DNA of 63,961 nt, counting the filler, from Candidatus Tectimicrobiota bacterium (GTDB taxonomy: Bacteria > JACPSX01), in assembly GCA_016193065.1 (NCBI GenBank). It is 7 parts of 7 records of this genome, joined end to end, with 100 filler letters (N's around TTAATTAATTAA, not from the genome) between each part and the next. Parts side by side here need not be neighbours in the genome. Positions count along the whole stretch, not along the records: positions 49,993 to 56,929 come from JACPSX010000123.1; positions 57,030 to 60,732 come from JACPSX010000081.1; positions 60,833 to 63,961 come from JACPSX010000083.1; 4 more parts are not named here. One strand, given 5' to 3'. Shown here piece after piece: positions 53,593-63,517 of the stretch (positions are counted from its first letter, which is position 1; every line of letters starts with the position of its first letter). The notes under the pieces are model-generated. The model was not told where the DNA came from, did no database searches, and saw only the letters and a list, made by a program, of their open reading frames with translations. The translations under genes and the position numbers were made by a program.

Positions 53593-54387
53593 ATGGCTTT
53601 GCTGGAAGCAGTGGGGATCCGCAAATCGTTTGGCGGGCTCTTGGCCCTCAGCGAGGTTGATTTACGCCTCGAGCCGGGGGAAATTGCCAGCATCATCGGC
53701 CCCAACGGGGCCGGAAAAACGACCCTCTTTAACATCTTGACGGGCCTTGATCTTCCGGACTCCGGGGCAATCTGGTTCGGCGGACGACCGGTGACGGGGC
53801 TCAAGGCCGAGCAAATCACCGCCCTGGGCATTGCCCGCACATTCCAGAACATCCGGTTGTTTGCGAACATGAGCGTGCTGGAAAACGTCCTGGTCGGAAT
53901 GCACTGCCGGCTTCCCTTCCGGCTCTGGAGCGTGCTGGCCAGAAGCCGGCGCTTTACGGAAATGGAGGAGAAGGCCTGGGAACAAGGACAGGCGCTCTTG
54001 GAACTGGTCGGCCTCCAGGACAAGCAAAATGAGCTGGCTCGAAATCTCCCCTACGGGGATCAGCGCCGGCTGGAGATTGCCCGGGCGTTGGCCGCGCGCC
54101 CGATGCTCCTGCTGCTGGACGAGCCTACGGCAGGCATGAATCCCGGAGAGGCTCGCGTTTTGATGGAATTCCTGCGCCGCCTGGTGGAGCAGTTTGAGGT
54201 CACCCTCCTCCTCATCGAGCATAATATGCGCGTCGTGATGTCCATATCCGATTGGGTCAGCGTTTTGGATCACGGGGAGAAGATCGCCGAGGGGACGCCC
54301 GAGGAGGTGCAGCAAAATCCCCGGGTCATGGAGGCGTATCTGGGGAGCAAAGACTGGGGGAAGGGGAGTCTCCAACGCGATGCTTGA
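53593..54387 (+). CDS. livG: Branched-chain amino acid ABC ATPase
   Basis: GPNGAGKTT, GIARTFQN, LPYGDQRRLEIARAL, DEPTAGMN. Confidence 0.93.
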   Translation: MALLEAVGIRKSFGGLLALSEVDLRLEPGEIASIIGPNGAGKTTLFNILTGLDLPDSGAIWFGGRPVTGLKAEQITALGIARTFQNIRLFANMSVLENVLVGMHCRLPFRLWSVLARSRRFTEMEEKAWEQGQALLELVGLQDKQNELARNLPYGDQRRLEIARALAARPMLLLLDEPTAGMNPGEARVLMEFLRRLVEQFEVTLLLIEHNMRVVMSISDWVSVLDHGEKIAEGTPEEVQQNPRVMEAYLGSKDWGKGSLQRDA

Positions 54388-55108
54388 AATCGAGGATCTT
54401 CATGTTCACTATGGCTCCATCCCGGCCCTGCGGGGGATCTCCCTGTTTATTCCGCGGGGGGAAGTGGTGGCTCTGTTGGGGAGTAACGGCGCCGGCAAGA
54501 GCACGACGCTGAAAACCATCTCGGGTCTGTTGAAGCCCAAGCAGGGAACGATGCGACTAAATGGGGAGCGCATCGATGGGCTTCCACCCTATGCGGTCGT
54601 GCAGAAGGGGGTTTCCCACGTCCCCGAAGGGCGGCGGATCTTCAACCGGATGACGGTCCGCGAAAACCTGGAAATGGGTGCTTACACCCGCCGGGACGGA
54701 GAGATTGCCCGGGACATGGAGAGGGTTTTTGAACTCTTCCCTCGGCTGGCCGAGCGCTGCAATCAAGTGGCGGGAACCCTGTCCGGCGGGGAGCAGCAAA
54801 TGCTGGCCATCGGCAGGGCTCTCATGTCGAACCCCTCCCTGCTGTTGATGGACGAGCCCTCCCTGGGACTGGCTCCCCGCCTGGTGGAGATGATCTTTCG
54901 CGTGATCGAGGAGATCCGCAGCCGTGGCACCACGATTTTTCTGGTGGAGCAAAATGCCCTTATGGCCCTCTCCGTGGCCCGCATGGCCTACGTTCTGGAA
55001 ACGGGTCAGATCGTAGGTTCAGGAGAAGCCGCAGTGCTCCTGCGTGACCCGAAGGTGCGCCAGGCGTACCTGGGGGAACCCCCGGAGAGTGCTGAAAACC
55101 CCGGTTAG
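54380..55108 (+). CDS. livF: Branched-chain amino acid ABC ATPase
   Basis: GSNGAGKST, PEGRRIF, LSGGEQQMLAIGRAL, DEPSLGLAP. Confidence 0.93.
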   Translation: MLEIEDLHVHYGSIPALRGISLFIPRGEVVALLGSNGAGKSTTLKTISGLLKPKQGTMRLNGERIDGLPPYAVVQKGVSHVPEGRRIFNRMTVRENLEMGAYTRRDGEIARDMERVFELFPRLAERCNQVAGTLSGGEQQMLAIGRALMSNPSLLLMDEPSLGLAPRLVEMIFRVIEEIRSRGTTIFLVEQNALMALSVARMAYVLETGQIVGSGEAAVLLRDPKVRQAYLGEPPESAENPG

Positions 55109-55162
55109 CATCCGTTTCCCCTGAGGGGACGGTTGGCAAGGAAAGGGGAAGAGGAGAATGTC

Positions 55163-56647
55163 ATGGCCCAGACCTACCATAACTTCGTCGCCGGGAAATG
55201 GGTCCCGGCCCGGTCAGGAAAAACCTTTGAGAGCATCAACCCGGCGCGGAAAAAGGAGGTGCTTGGGATCTTCCCCTGCTCCGAAGCCGCGGATGTGGCC
55301 CAGGCTGTACAGGCAGCCCGCCGGGAGTTTCGACGCTGGCGTCTGACACCGGCCCCGAGGCGGGCTGAAATTATGTTCCGGGCCGCGGAAATCATGGTGA
55401 GCCGGAAAGAGGAACTGGCTCAAATCATGACCCGGGAGATGGGGAAGGTTTTGAAAGAGAGCCGGGGGGATGTACAGGAAGGCATCGACATGACCTACTT
55501 CATTGCCGGGGAAGGGCGGCGGCTTTATGGAGAGACAACCCCCTCGGAATTGCCCGATAAGTTTGCCATGTCCATCCGGGTTCCCGTTGGAGTGGTAGCG
55601 GCCATCACCCCCTGGAATTTTCCCCTGGCCATCCCCACCTGGAAGATTGTCCCGGCCCTGGTGTCTGGCAACACGGTGGTGTTCAAGCCGGCCGAGGACA
55701 CCCCCCTGGTGGCAACTATGCTCGTGCAGATCTTCGAGGAAGCGGGTCTTCCGGGCGGAGTCTTAAACTTGGTCCATGGGTTTGGCGAAGAGGCGGGAGC
55801 CGCCCTCGTGGCTCATCCGGGCGTGGATCTCGTATCGTTTACCGGTTCCTGTGAGGTGGGTCAGCAAGTGGCCGTGCGCTGCGCTCAGGATTTCCGCAGG
55901 GTTTCCCTGGAGATGGGGGGCAAGAACGCGATTCTCATCATGGAGGATGCGGATCTGGATCTGGCTGTGGAGGGAGCCGTCTGGGGGGCCTGCGGCACCA
56001 CGGGACAGCGCTGCACGGCGGCCAGCCGCCTGATCGTCCATAAGCAGGTTGCCCGAGAGTTCACCGAGCGGTTCGTCAGCGCCGTGTCCCGGCTGCGCCT
56101 GGGAGATGGAATGAAAGCTGAAACGGACGTGGGACCCGTTATTAACGAGGCCCAGCTCAAACGGGTCGACTCCTATACCCAGATTGCCCGCCAGGAGGGG
56201 GCTTCCATCCTGTGCGGAGGAGAGGTGGCTGTGGAGGGGGAATGCGCCGAGGGATTTTTCTATAAGCCCACAGTGTTTGCTCAGGTGACACCGCTGATGC
56301 GGATTGCCCGCGAGGAGATCTTCGGGCCCTGTCCGGCGCTCCTTCCCGTGGGCAGCTTCGAGGAAGCCCTGGAGGTTGCCAATAGCACTTCTTACGGCTT
56401 GTCTTCAGCCATTTACACCCGGGACGTGAACCGGGCCTTCGTGGCCATCCAGGAGCTGGCAGCGGGGATCACTTACGTGAACGCTTCGACCATCGGGGCC
56501 GAGGTTCACCTCCCCTTTGGCGGGATTTGCCACACGGGGAACGGTCACCGGGAAGGAGGGAAAACAGTCCTCGACATTTTTACCGAGTGGAAGGCCGTCT
56601 ACGTGGACTACAGCGGGAAGCTCCAGAAGGCCCAGATTGATCGATAG
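55163..56647 (+). CDS. Aldehyde dehydrogenase family protein
   Basis: [30 protein letters not shown]. Confidence 0.93.
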   Translation: MAQTYHNFVAGKWVPARSGKTFESINPARKKEVLGIFPCSEAADVAQAVQAARREFRRWRLTPAPRRAEIMFRAAEIMVSRKEELAQIMTREMGKVLKESRGDVQEGIDMTYFIAGEGRRLYGETTPSELPDKFAMSIRVPVGVVAAITPWNFPLAIPTWKIVPALVSGNTVVFKPAEDTPLVATMLVQIFEEAGLPGGVLNLVHGFGEEAGAALVAHPGVDLVSFTGSCEVGQQVAVRCAQDFRRVSLEMGGKNAILIMEDADLDLAVEGAVWGACGTTGQRCTAASRLIVHKQVAREFTERFVSAVSRLRLGDGMKAETDVGPVINEAQLKRVDSYTQIARQEGASILCGGEVAVEGECAEGFFYKPTVFAQVTPLMRIAREEIFGPCPALLPVGSFEEALEVANSTSYGLSSAIYTRDVNRAFVAIQELAAGITYVNASTIGAEVHLPFGGICHTGNGHREGGKTVLDIFTEWKAVYVDYSGKLQKAQIDR

Positions 56648-56803
56648 GTCTGGTGCGGAAAACGGTGCATTCCCGGCACCAAGGTCGCCTCTTGCTATCC
56701 CGCAGAACGGAAATATATTGAAAAGGCAGGAACGGGTAGGTGGGGGCCCTTTTTAAGAGGCTTTCAATCGACCTTTGATCAGCAAGGCAGGGAGGGTGGT
56801 TCC

Positions 56804-56929
56804 ATGCCTACTTACACATTCAAATGCCAGGACTGCCACGAGGAGTTTAGCCTGAAATTAACTTTTCAGGAGCGGGAGGCCAAAGAATATAAGTGTTCGA
56901 AGTGCGGCGGGAAAAACCTGGAGCCGGTC
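56804..56929 (+). CDS. FmdB-family zinc-ribbon protein, truncated
   Basis: MPTYTFKCQDCHEEF...CSKCGG; RBS GGAGGG. Confidence 0.8.
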
Positions 56930-57029
56930 NNNNNNNNNNNNNNNNNNNNNNNNNNNNNNNNNNNNNNNNNNNNTTAATTAATTAANNNNNNNNNNNNNNN
57001 NNNNNNNNNNNNNNNNNNNNNNNNNNNNN

Positions 57030-57300
57030 AAAACCAAGGAGCCTTTTGACTTCCTCTTTCGTAAGGACAACGGGCAATCGTCTCGCTCTCTTGGCACGAA
57101 CAACTCCTTGAATCAGGTCAACTTGCCTCTCCAGGACTTCGCGGTAAAGAAGGAAAGGGGCGGGGTGCCGCTTGCGGTGGAAGAGGATGTAACGCTTGAT
57201 CCAAGCTACATATGCTTGCTCTGTGTGAGGACTGAGGTGCCGCGTCCGGATTGCCTGCCGGACCCGGACAAGCAGCTTGGGCTTTTGTCCTTTGGGGGGA
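57030..57300 (-). CDS. intI: Integron integrase N-terminal fragment with internal deletion; start uncertain
   Basis: KPKLL.RVRQAIRTRHLS..TEQAYVAWIKRYILFH.KRHP, LYREVL, RAKR.RRLPVVLTKEEV. Confidence 0.8.
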
Positions 57301-57572
57301 GATGCCGCCCTAACGATTCCCTGGGGGGGATTGGGACGAAAGAGGGGGCCTTTCCTGGACGCCGCCAGGACGCCCCGTAGAAAACCGTGGGCCAGAGCGG
57401 GAACCTCTAGAGCCTCCAGCAACGGGTTCCTCTCTCATTCAGCTTCCTCCGAGGAGATTGGGCAAGTATGGCCAAAATCCTACAGCGGGCAAGACATCGG
57501 AGTCAATCAGGAAAGGGCTGATGCAATTGAACCATCCGACCTATGGGTAGAGATGAGTTCTATGCGGGCGAA

Positions 57573-57756
57573 CTGGATTCCGGCTTTCGCCGGAATGACG
57601 AAGATAAAACGAGGGAATAACGAACGCTTTACCCTCACCCTGCCCTCTCCCTAAAAAGGAGAGGGAGAGATGAGTAAAAGAAAGAGGGGAAATCGAAAAC
57701 CTGGATTCCGGCTCCCGGATTACTACATTCCGGGACAAGCTTCGCCGGAATGACGG
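57573..57756. repeat. Cluster of REP-like palindromes
   Basis: CTGGATTCCGGCTTTCGCCGGAATGACG at 57573; CCCTCACCCTGCCCTCTCCC..GGAGAGGG at 57631; interrupted copy at 57701-57756. Confidence 0.75.
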
Positions 57757-58086
57757 AAAGAAATGACGAAACGAAAACGGGCTCGACTCCCGGCGCGATT
57801 TGGTTATCATCAAAGAGAGATTGCCTCGATCAAGAATGCGAATAAGGAAGAGTGAGTGAAGAAAGTTTTCATGGACCAGGAAACAGCCGGCTTTGCCCCG
57901 GAGAAAATCACCCTACCGGACTGTTCCCGTTCCATTACGGATCAGGAAGACTTTGTCCCGACTGCTCGGCAGGAGGACGGAAACCCGGAGTGGGAAGAAA
58001 CCTGGCTTGCAGACTTCACGTGCGGCTGAAGCTGGTGAGGAGCCCCGGGAGGGCTTACACGGGAATGCAAGGAGGGCCCTCCTCCT

Positions 58087-59907
58087 CTACATTTCCAACC
58101 GGGTCACCACCCCCTGCAGCTTGCTCGCCGGCAGCTTGTAGAACTGCACGAAGTTGGGGGTCAGCTTCTTGACCAGAGAAAAAACCCGCCAGACGGGGTT
58201 TCTCGTAGCGATATCTTCACTCCCGTAAAAGATGACCTTTTCCTGTATGCCGTTCTCTCTCAGAAGACTTTCGATGTCAATTACCTCCATGTAGCCCGCC
58301 CGGATCTCAAAGCCGTCAAGCCCGGATCCGATCCCCGTTCTTAATTGGGTTCTTAGACCAAAGGGCTCATCGGTCCTGAGGATGGAGATAAAGACGTTTC
58401 GTTCGTAGATGATGTTGCTCCGGATGATGCAGTGAACGAGGTAAGGCGGCGGGTAGTTCCAATCCCTCGTGAAGAACAGCGCGGTGCCGGGGATGTTTTT
58501 CCCCTTGGCGTAGATCATTTCGTAGCTCACGAGGAACGTTTCCAGGTCGAGGGGCCTCAGCCTCCGGTACAGGACGCGCTGCCCGTTCGTCCAGATGAGA
58601 ATGGTGACGAAGGGAATCGAGGCCAGGATGATCGACCAGTAGCCGCCATGAGGGATCTTGTTGAGATTGGAGATGAGAAAGAGGAGGTCCACGATGGTGA
58701 CGGCGACGACAATGGGAACCTTCCATTTGCGGACTGTGTGCGCAAAGATCATGGTCATCAGGATGCCGGTAATGGTCATGGTGCCGGTCACCGCCAGCCC
58801 GTAGGCGGCCGCCAGGTTCTTCGATTCCCGGAAGATCAGCATGATGAAGATGACCAGCACCATGAGGAGCCAGTTGGCGGAACCGATGTAGATCTGGGAT
58901 TTGAGATGGCTCGAGGTATACTCGAACTTCAGGAGGGGCATGATGCGGGTGGTGATCCCCTGGTAGACGATGGAATAAACCCCGCTGATCATGGCCTGGG
59001 AAGCAATGATCGTCGCCAGGATCGTGAGGACGAGAAACGGTATATAAAGGAAAGGCGCCTGCCACTGGACCATACCGAACAGGATGTCTCTGGTATCCGG
59101 ATGGGTGAGGGCGAACGCGCCTTGCCCCAGATAGTTTATGACGAGAGCTGCAAAAACGAAGTACCAGCCTCGAATGATCGGGCGCCGCCCGAGGTGTCCC
59201 ATGTCGGCATAGAGGGCTTCTCCTCCCGTGGCACAGAGGATCACCTCGGAGAGGATGAGAAAGCCGGCCAGCCCGTTGTCCTTGAAGAACTTGACCGCAT
59301 AATGAGGGCTCACGGCCTGCAGGACTCCGGGTTCGGTCACTATAGAAACGATGCCCGAAACGGCCAGTACTCCAAACCAGAAAGCCATGATCGGGCCAAA
59401 GGCACTCGCCACCTTGTCGGTCCCCTCGAACTGGAATATGAAAAGAGAGATGGCGATCAGGGCGGCGATGAGGATCAAGGTCCCCTGCTGGAAGTTTTCC
59501 AGACCGGGGATGAGGCGCATACCCTCCACGGCGGAAAGGATGCTGATCGCAGGCGTGAGCACTCCGTCTCCCAAGAGGAGAGAAACACCAACAAAGGAAA
59601 GAAAGCTGACCAAGGCGGCCTGTCTCCCTGACTTCAGGAGCCGGACGAGAATCTCCTTGAGGACGATGGTCCCCCCCTCCCCTTTTCTCCCCAGGCTCAT
59701 GGCAAGCCAGGCATACTCCACGGTCACAAGAATCACGAGGGTCCAGACCACCAGGGAGAGTATGCCGAAGACATTATCCCGGGTGGGCCTGATGAGCGCG
59801 AAGATGACGGTCAGGGTATAGATGGGGCTGGTGCCGATGTCACCAAAGACGAGCCCCATCGATTTGATGACCCCGCCCCAAAAAGAATCAGCGTTTTTAT
59901 TGGCCAA
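58087..59907 (-). CDS. kup: KUP/HAK/KT potassium transporter
   Basis: GLVFGDIGTSPIY, GEGG, GDGVLTPAISILSAVEG, TGGEALYADMGH, LAAAYGLAVTG. Confidence 0.96.
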   Translation of the reverse strand: MANKNADSFWGGVIKSMGLVFGDIGTSPIYTLTVIFALIRPTRDNVFGILSLVVWTLVILVTVEYAWLAMSLGRKGEGGTIVLKEILVRLLKSGRQAALVSFLSFVGVSLLLGDGVLTPAISILSAVEGMRLIPGLENFQQGTLILIAALIAISLFIFQFEGTDKVASAFGPIMAFWFGVLAVSGIVSIVTEPGVLQAVSPHYAVKFFKDNGLAGFLILSEVILCATGGEALYADMGHLGRRPIIRGWYFVFAALVINYLGQGAFALTHPDTRDILFGMVQWQAPFLYIPFLVLTILATIIASQAMISGVYSIVYQGITTRIMPLLKFEYTSSHLKSQIYIGSANWLLMVLVIFIMLIFRESKNLAAAYGLAVTGTMTITGILMTMIFAHTVRKWKVPIVVAVTIVDLLFLISNLNKIPHGGYWSIILASIPFVTILIWTNGQRVLYRRLRPLDLETFLVSYEMIYAKGKNIPGTALFFTRDWNYPPPYLVHCIIRSNIIYERNVFISILRTDEPFGLRTQLRTGIGSGLDGFEIRAGYMEVIDIESLLRENGIQEKVIFYGSEDIATRNPVWRVFSLVKKLTPNFVQFYKLPASKLQGVVTRLEM

Positions 59908-60069
59908 TCAGCCCTCCCTCCACGTTAAAGAGGCAAGATCCCTCCCCGCCTTCGCCGCCTGGATCCCGGCATGGTCGGGACCCTGAAGAATCTTCTGCCC
60001 GCTGGTCACACCGAGGAAGCAGATGCAGCAACACTGGAGGATTGACAGGAAAACAGGAATCAATGGTTT

Positions 60070-60384
60070 CTAGCGGAGCGACGCCGGATCGATCTGGATG
60101 TCCCAGAGGACCTTTTCCTCTTCGGAGTCCAGGGTCGGGCAGTAGTTGTCCACTTCCAGCAGGACTCCGCAGCCGGGACACGAATACTCCTGATAGACAA
60201 CAAACAAGGGATCCCCGGAAGTAGGGCGGCGCCGGGGAATTTCCGCCAGATCGCGTTCCCAGTAGACAGCATGCTTCTTGTAATTTTCAGTCGCCTCGCA
60301 GAACTCGTAGCCGCACCGGGAGCAGAAGATTACCGCTTTGCCGTCGGGTCGCTGTTTCATTTCCAGAGAGTCGTGGATCTTCAT
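60070..60384 (-). CDS. Acetone carboxylase gamma-subunit-like zinc protein
   Basis: CSRCGYEFC..ENYK, EYSCPGCGVLLEVD. Confidence 0.85.
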   Translation of the reverse strand: MKIHDSLEMKQRPDGKAVIFCSRCGYEFCEATENYKKHAVYWERDLAEIPRRRPTSGDPLFVVYQEYSCPGCGVLLEVDNYCPTLDSEEEKVLWDIQIDPASLR

Positions 60385-60732
60385 GGCCGCCTCCCTGTTG
60401 CACCGCGACGCTCGGCCCGCATCTTCTCCCGCAATGCCGCGGTTTCTTCCGGGAGAGCTTCACCCGTCCTTGAATCCAGCACGACACCGTAAACGGCACG
60501 CGCCACCTCGGGCGAAACGGCAAGTCGCTTCACGTCGCGGGCGACAAGCGCCGGATCCCGCTCTAACGGATCTCCGAACCCTCCGCCTGCTCCCTGACGG
60601 GAAGAGAAGACATCGCCATCCTTGAGGGGAATCGATGGATAAGAGGAGGTCGGGAAGAGATGCTCTCCCTTCAGTTGATCGAGCTCCGCAAACGTCGTGA
60701 TGCTCCGGGATTTCTGAAAGAGGTCACAAACG
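60381..60732 (-). CDS. Hydantoinase B/oxoprolinase (acetone carboxylase alpha-like), C-terminal fragment
   Basis: Manual translation LKDGDVF..GAGGGFGDPLERDPALVARDV..VS..ARAVYGVV..T..LR; ATGA overlap with the gamma gene. Confidence 0.85.
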
Positions 60733-60832
60733 NNNNNNNNNNNNNNNNNNNNNNNNNNNNNNNNNNNNNNNNNNNNTTAATTAATTAANNNNNNNNNNNN
60801 NNNNNNNNNNNNNNNNNNNNNNNNNNNNNNNN

Positions 60833-61043
60833 AGGGACCGACTTCCTGCGCCATCTGCGCCGCCAGGGATCTACTACCCCCGCGATTTTGATGACCGGTG
60901 AGACTTCAGAGAAGCTGATTCGGGAGGCCCGCAGGGTGGGAGCTTTCGCTGTAATCCTGAAACCCTTCCGTGCCGAAACCGTCCGTGCGGTTGTCAAGAA
61001 AGCGCTGGAGGCAAGTGGGATACTGGATCCCTATGACTATTGA
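60833..61043 (+). CDS. Response-regulator receiver, C-terminal fragment
   Basis: Manual translation GTDFLRHLR..TPAILMTG..ARRVGAFAVILKPF. Confidence 0.75.
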
Positions 61044-61150
61044 TCCCCCTCTCGCCTTTCGTTTCTCAGAACGCTTTTCTATAGTGGGAGCGGTTGCTGC
61101 GCCGCAGAGCCAGCGGTGCCGCCAGGACTCCAGGAAACGATCAGGTTACG

Positions 61151-62189
61151 ATGCAAACGATCCACCAATGTCTGGGGCTCAGCCCGGCAGAACTCGAAAC
61201 CAATCTGGCCGGTATTTTTCCAGGCCTAGGCGGAAAACCCTCGCTTTCCGTTCTGCACGGAGATGCCTCTGACCGGACTTACTTCCGGATTCACCTGGAC
61301 CCGCACGGAAAAGGTCCGCGTTCCCTCGTGCTGATGAAGCTGCCGGCGCTCTGGACCGACAGGGAACTCCCCTTTCTGAACATTCAAAGATATCTGGAAC
61401 GCCTGGGACTGCCGGTGCCCGAGGTGTACGGCTACAGGGAAGACAAAGGGATCGTTTTCCTGGAAGACCTGGGCGACAGAACACTCGAAGAAGTGGTGAG
61501 AGGAGCACCGTATTCCGTGCTGGCGGATTTCTACCGCCAGACCGTCGCGTTGCTGGCCCGATTCCAGATCTCTGCCGCCCGGCATCCCGATCCCAAGTGC
61601 ATCGCCTTCCGACGCCAGTTTGATGCCGCCCAGTTCCTCCAGGAACTCCTCCATTTCCAGCGCTACATGATCGTGGGGCTGGGAGGAAGGGAAATCCCCC
61701 CCGAGGATCAGACAGGTCTTCTGCGGGAGTTCTCGTCTCTTTGCGAGCTGGTGGCAGGCCAGGAGCAGGTATTGTGCCACCGTGACTACCACAGCCGCAA
61801 TCTCATGGTGAGCGGAAACAAGTTGGGGCTGCTCGACTTCCAAGATGCCCGGCTGGGGCCGCGGGCCTATGATTTGGCCTCGCTGTTGAGGGATTCTTAT
61901 ACGGTCTTACCCGAGGACCTCGGCGAAGAAATGATCGACACCTTTTGCAACCTGCTGGAAGAGGGCGGCCACCCCCCGCTCCCGAGAAATGCATTCCGGC
62001 GGGAGTTCGACCTCATGGCCTTGCAAAGAAACCTCAAGGCCATTGGCACGTTCGCCTAACAGCGATCGTTATTTACGATATATCCCTACGACCTTGACCT
62101 ATGTGGAGAAAACCCTGAGTCGCTATTCGAGTCTCGAGCCCCTCCGAGCATTGCTAGAGAAGCACCTCTTTTCCTGGCAGCCTCTGTAA
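61151..62189 (+). CDS. AmgK-like (APH family) phosphotransferase, broken near 62057
   Basis: GDASDRTYFR, LEDLG, CHRDYHSRNL, LDFQDARLGP..YDLASLLRD, LQRNLKAIGTFA*; the tail DRYLRYIP..L is in another frame. Confidence 0.85.
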
Positions 62190-62198
62190 GCAAACTGA

Positions 62199-63278
62199 TT
62201 AATTGATGATCTTCACCTCCGGCAGAAAGCTGCGGACGCTAATGCTTGCTGCCAGTGCTCCCACCACTTCCATGAATGCTTTGGATTGGGAAGAATCCGG
62301 GTCAGCGATGACAATCGGTTTGCCCTCGTCTCCTCCGGCACAGATATTGGGGTCCAGGGGGATCTCTCCCAAGAAGGGAACCTCGAGTTTCTCGCAGGCT
62401 TTCCTCACACCGCCGTGGCTAAAAATATTGGTCCGGTGTTCACAATGAGGGCAAACGAAATAGCTCATGTTCTCAATAATCCCCAACACCGGCACGTTTA
62501 CTTTCTGGAACATGGCGAGGCCTTTACGGGCATCAATCAGAGCCACATCCTGCGGGGTGGATACAATCACCGCTCCTGATAGGGGCACTTTCTGGGTCAA
62601 CGTCAGGTGGATGTCTCCTGTGCCCGGGGGGAGGTCAACCAGCAAATAATCCAGATCTCCCCATTCCACTTCTCCCAGCATCTGCTGAATGGCGCTGGTG
62701 ACCATGGGGCCCCGCCAGATCACGGGGGAGTTATCGTCAAGAAAGAACCCGAGGGACATCAGCTTTACCCCGTAGCTTTCCAGGGGCAGGATCTTTTTCG
62801 TCCCCGGCGCGCTGCGGGGTCTCTCCATGACCCCCATCATGAGCGGAATGCTGGGACCATAACAGTCGGCATCCAAGAGCCCCACATTGGCTCCGGTGCG
62901 AGCCAGGGCTACCGCCATGTTGACCGCTACGGTGGATTTCCCCACCCCTCCCTTCCCGCTGGCAACTGCGATGGAATTGCGAACATCGGGCAGGAGATTG
63001 TCGACGAGAGGACGCCTTTGGGCGGGAACATTGGCATCCATCTTGATCTCGACTTGTCGGATTCCGGGGAGCCCGTAAAGGGCTTTCTCGACTCGGGACT
63101 TGATCTCACCCTTCAAAGGGCAGGCGGGGGTAGTCAAAACCAGGGTCAGATTCACCCTGCCCTCATCCACCTTCACATCCCTGATCATGTTCATTTTCAA
63201 GAGGCTCAGATGGGTCTCGGGATCCTTGACCTGGGATAAAGCCTCCATTACTTCCCGCTCACTTAACTTCCCGCTCAT
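62199..63278 (-). CDS. apbC: Mrp/ApbC Fe-S cluster carrier ATPase with N-terminal DUF59
   Basis: LTTPACPLK, SGKGGVGKST, DADCYGPS, VIWRGPM, DLPPGTGD, ENMS.F.CPHC. Confidence 0.95.
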   Translation of the reverse strand: MSGKLSEREVMEALSQVKDPETHLSLLKMNMIRDVKVDEGRVNLTLVLTTPACPLKGEIKSRVEKALYGLPGIRQVEIKMDANVPAQRRPLVDNLLPDVRNSIAVASGKGGVGKSTVAVNMAVALARTGANVGLLDADCYGPSIPLMMGVMERPRSAPGTKKILPLESYGVKLMSLGFFLDDNSPVIWRGPMVTSAIQQMLGEVEWGDLDYLLVDLPPGTGDIHLTLTQKVPLSGAVIVSTPQDVALIDARKGLAMFQKVNVPVLGIIENMSYFVCPHCEHRTNIFSHGGVRKACEKLEVPFLGEIPLDPNICAGGDEGKPIVIADPDSSQSKAFMEVVGALAASISVRSFLPEVKIIN

Positions 63279-63517
63279 TCATCTGCTCCTTTCACCCAAT
63301 CGGATAGGATGCCCCTCCGGCGACCCACCGTTCTCCATAACAGTTTCAGAACATCAGAGACGAAAAGAGGATAAAATCACCCTTCTTTGTCGATTCTTCT
63401 CAATCATTAGGTGCGGGCGAGGGGTTGTCAAGGGAAAATTGCGGTTGACTCATTACCTCCTCACGGTTCTCCTGTCAAGGAGGTTCCGGCCCTTGCCCAC
63501 CCCCATCAGTTTATCAC

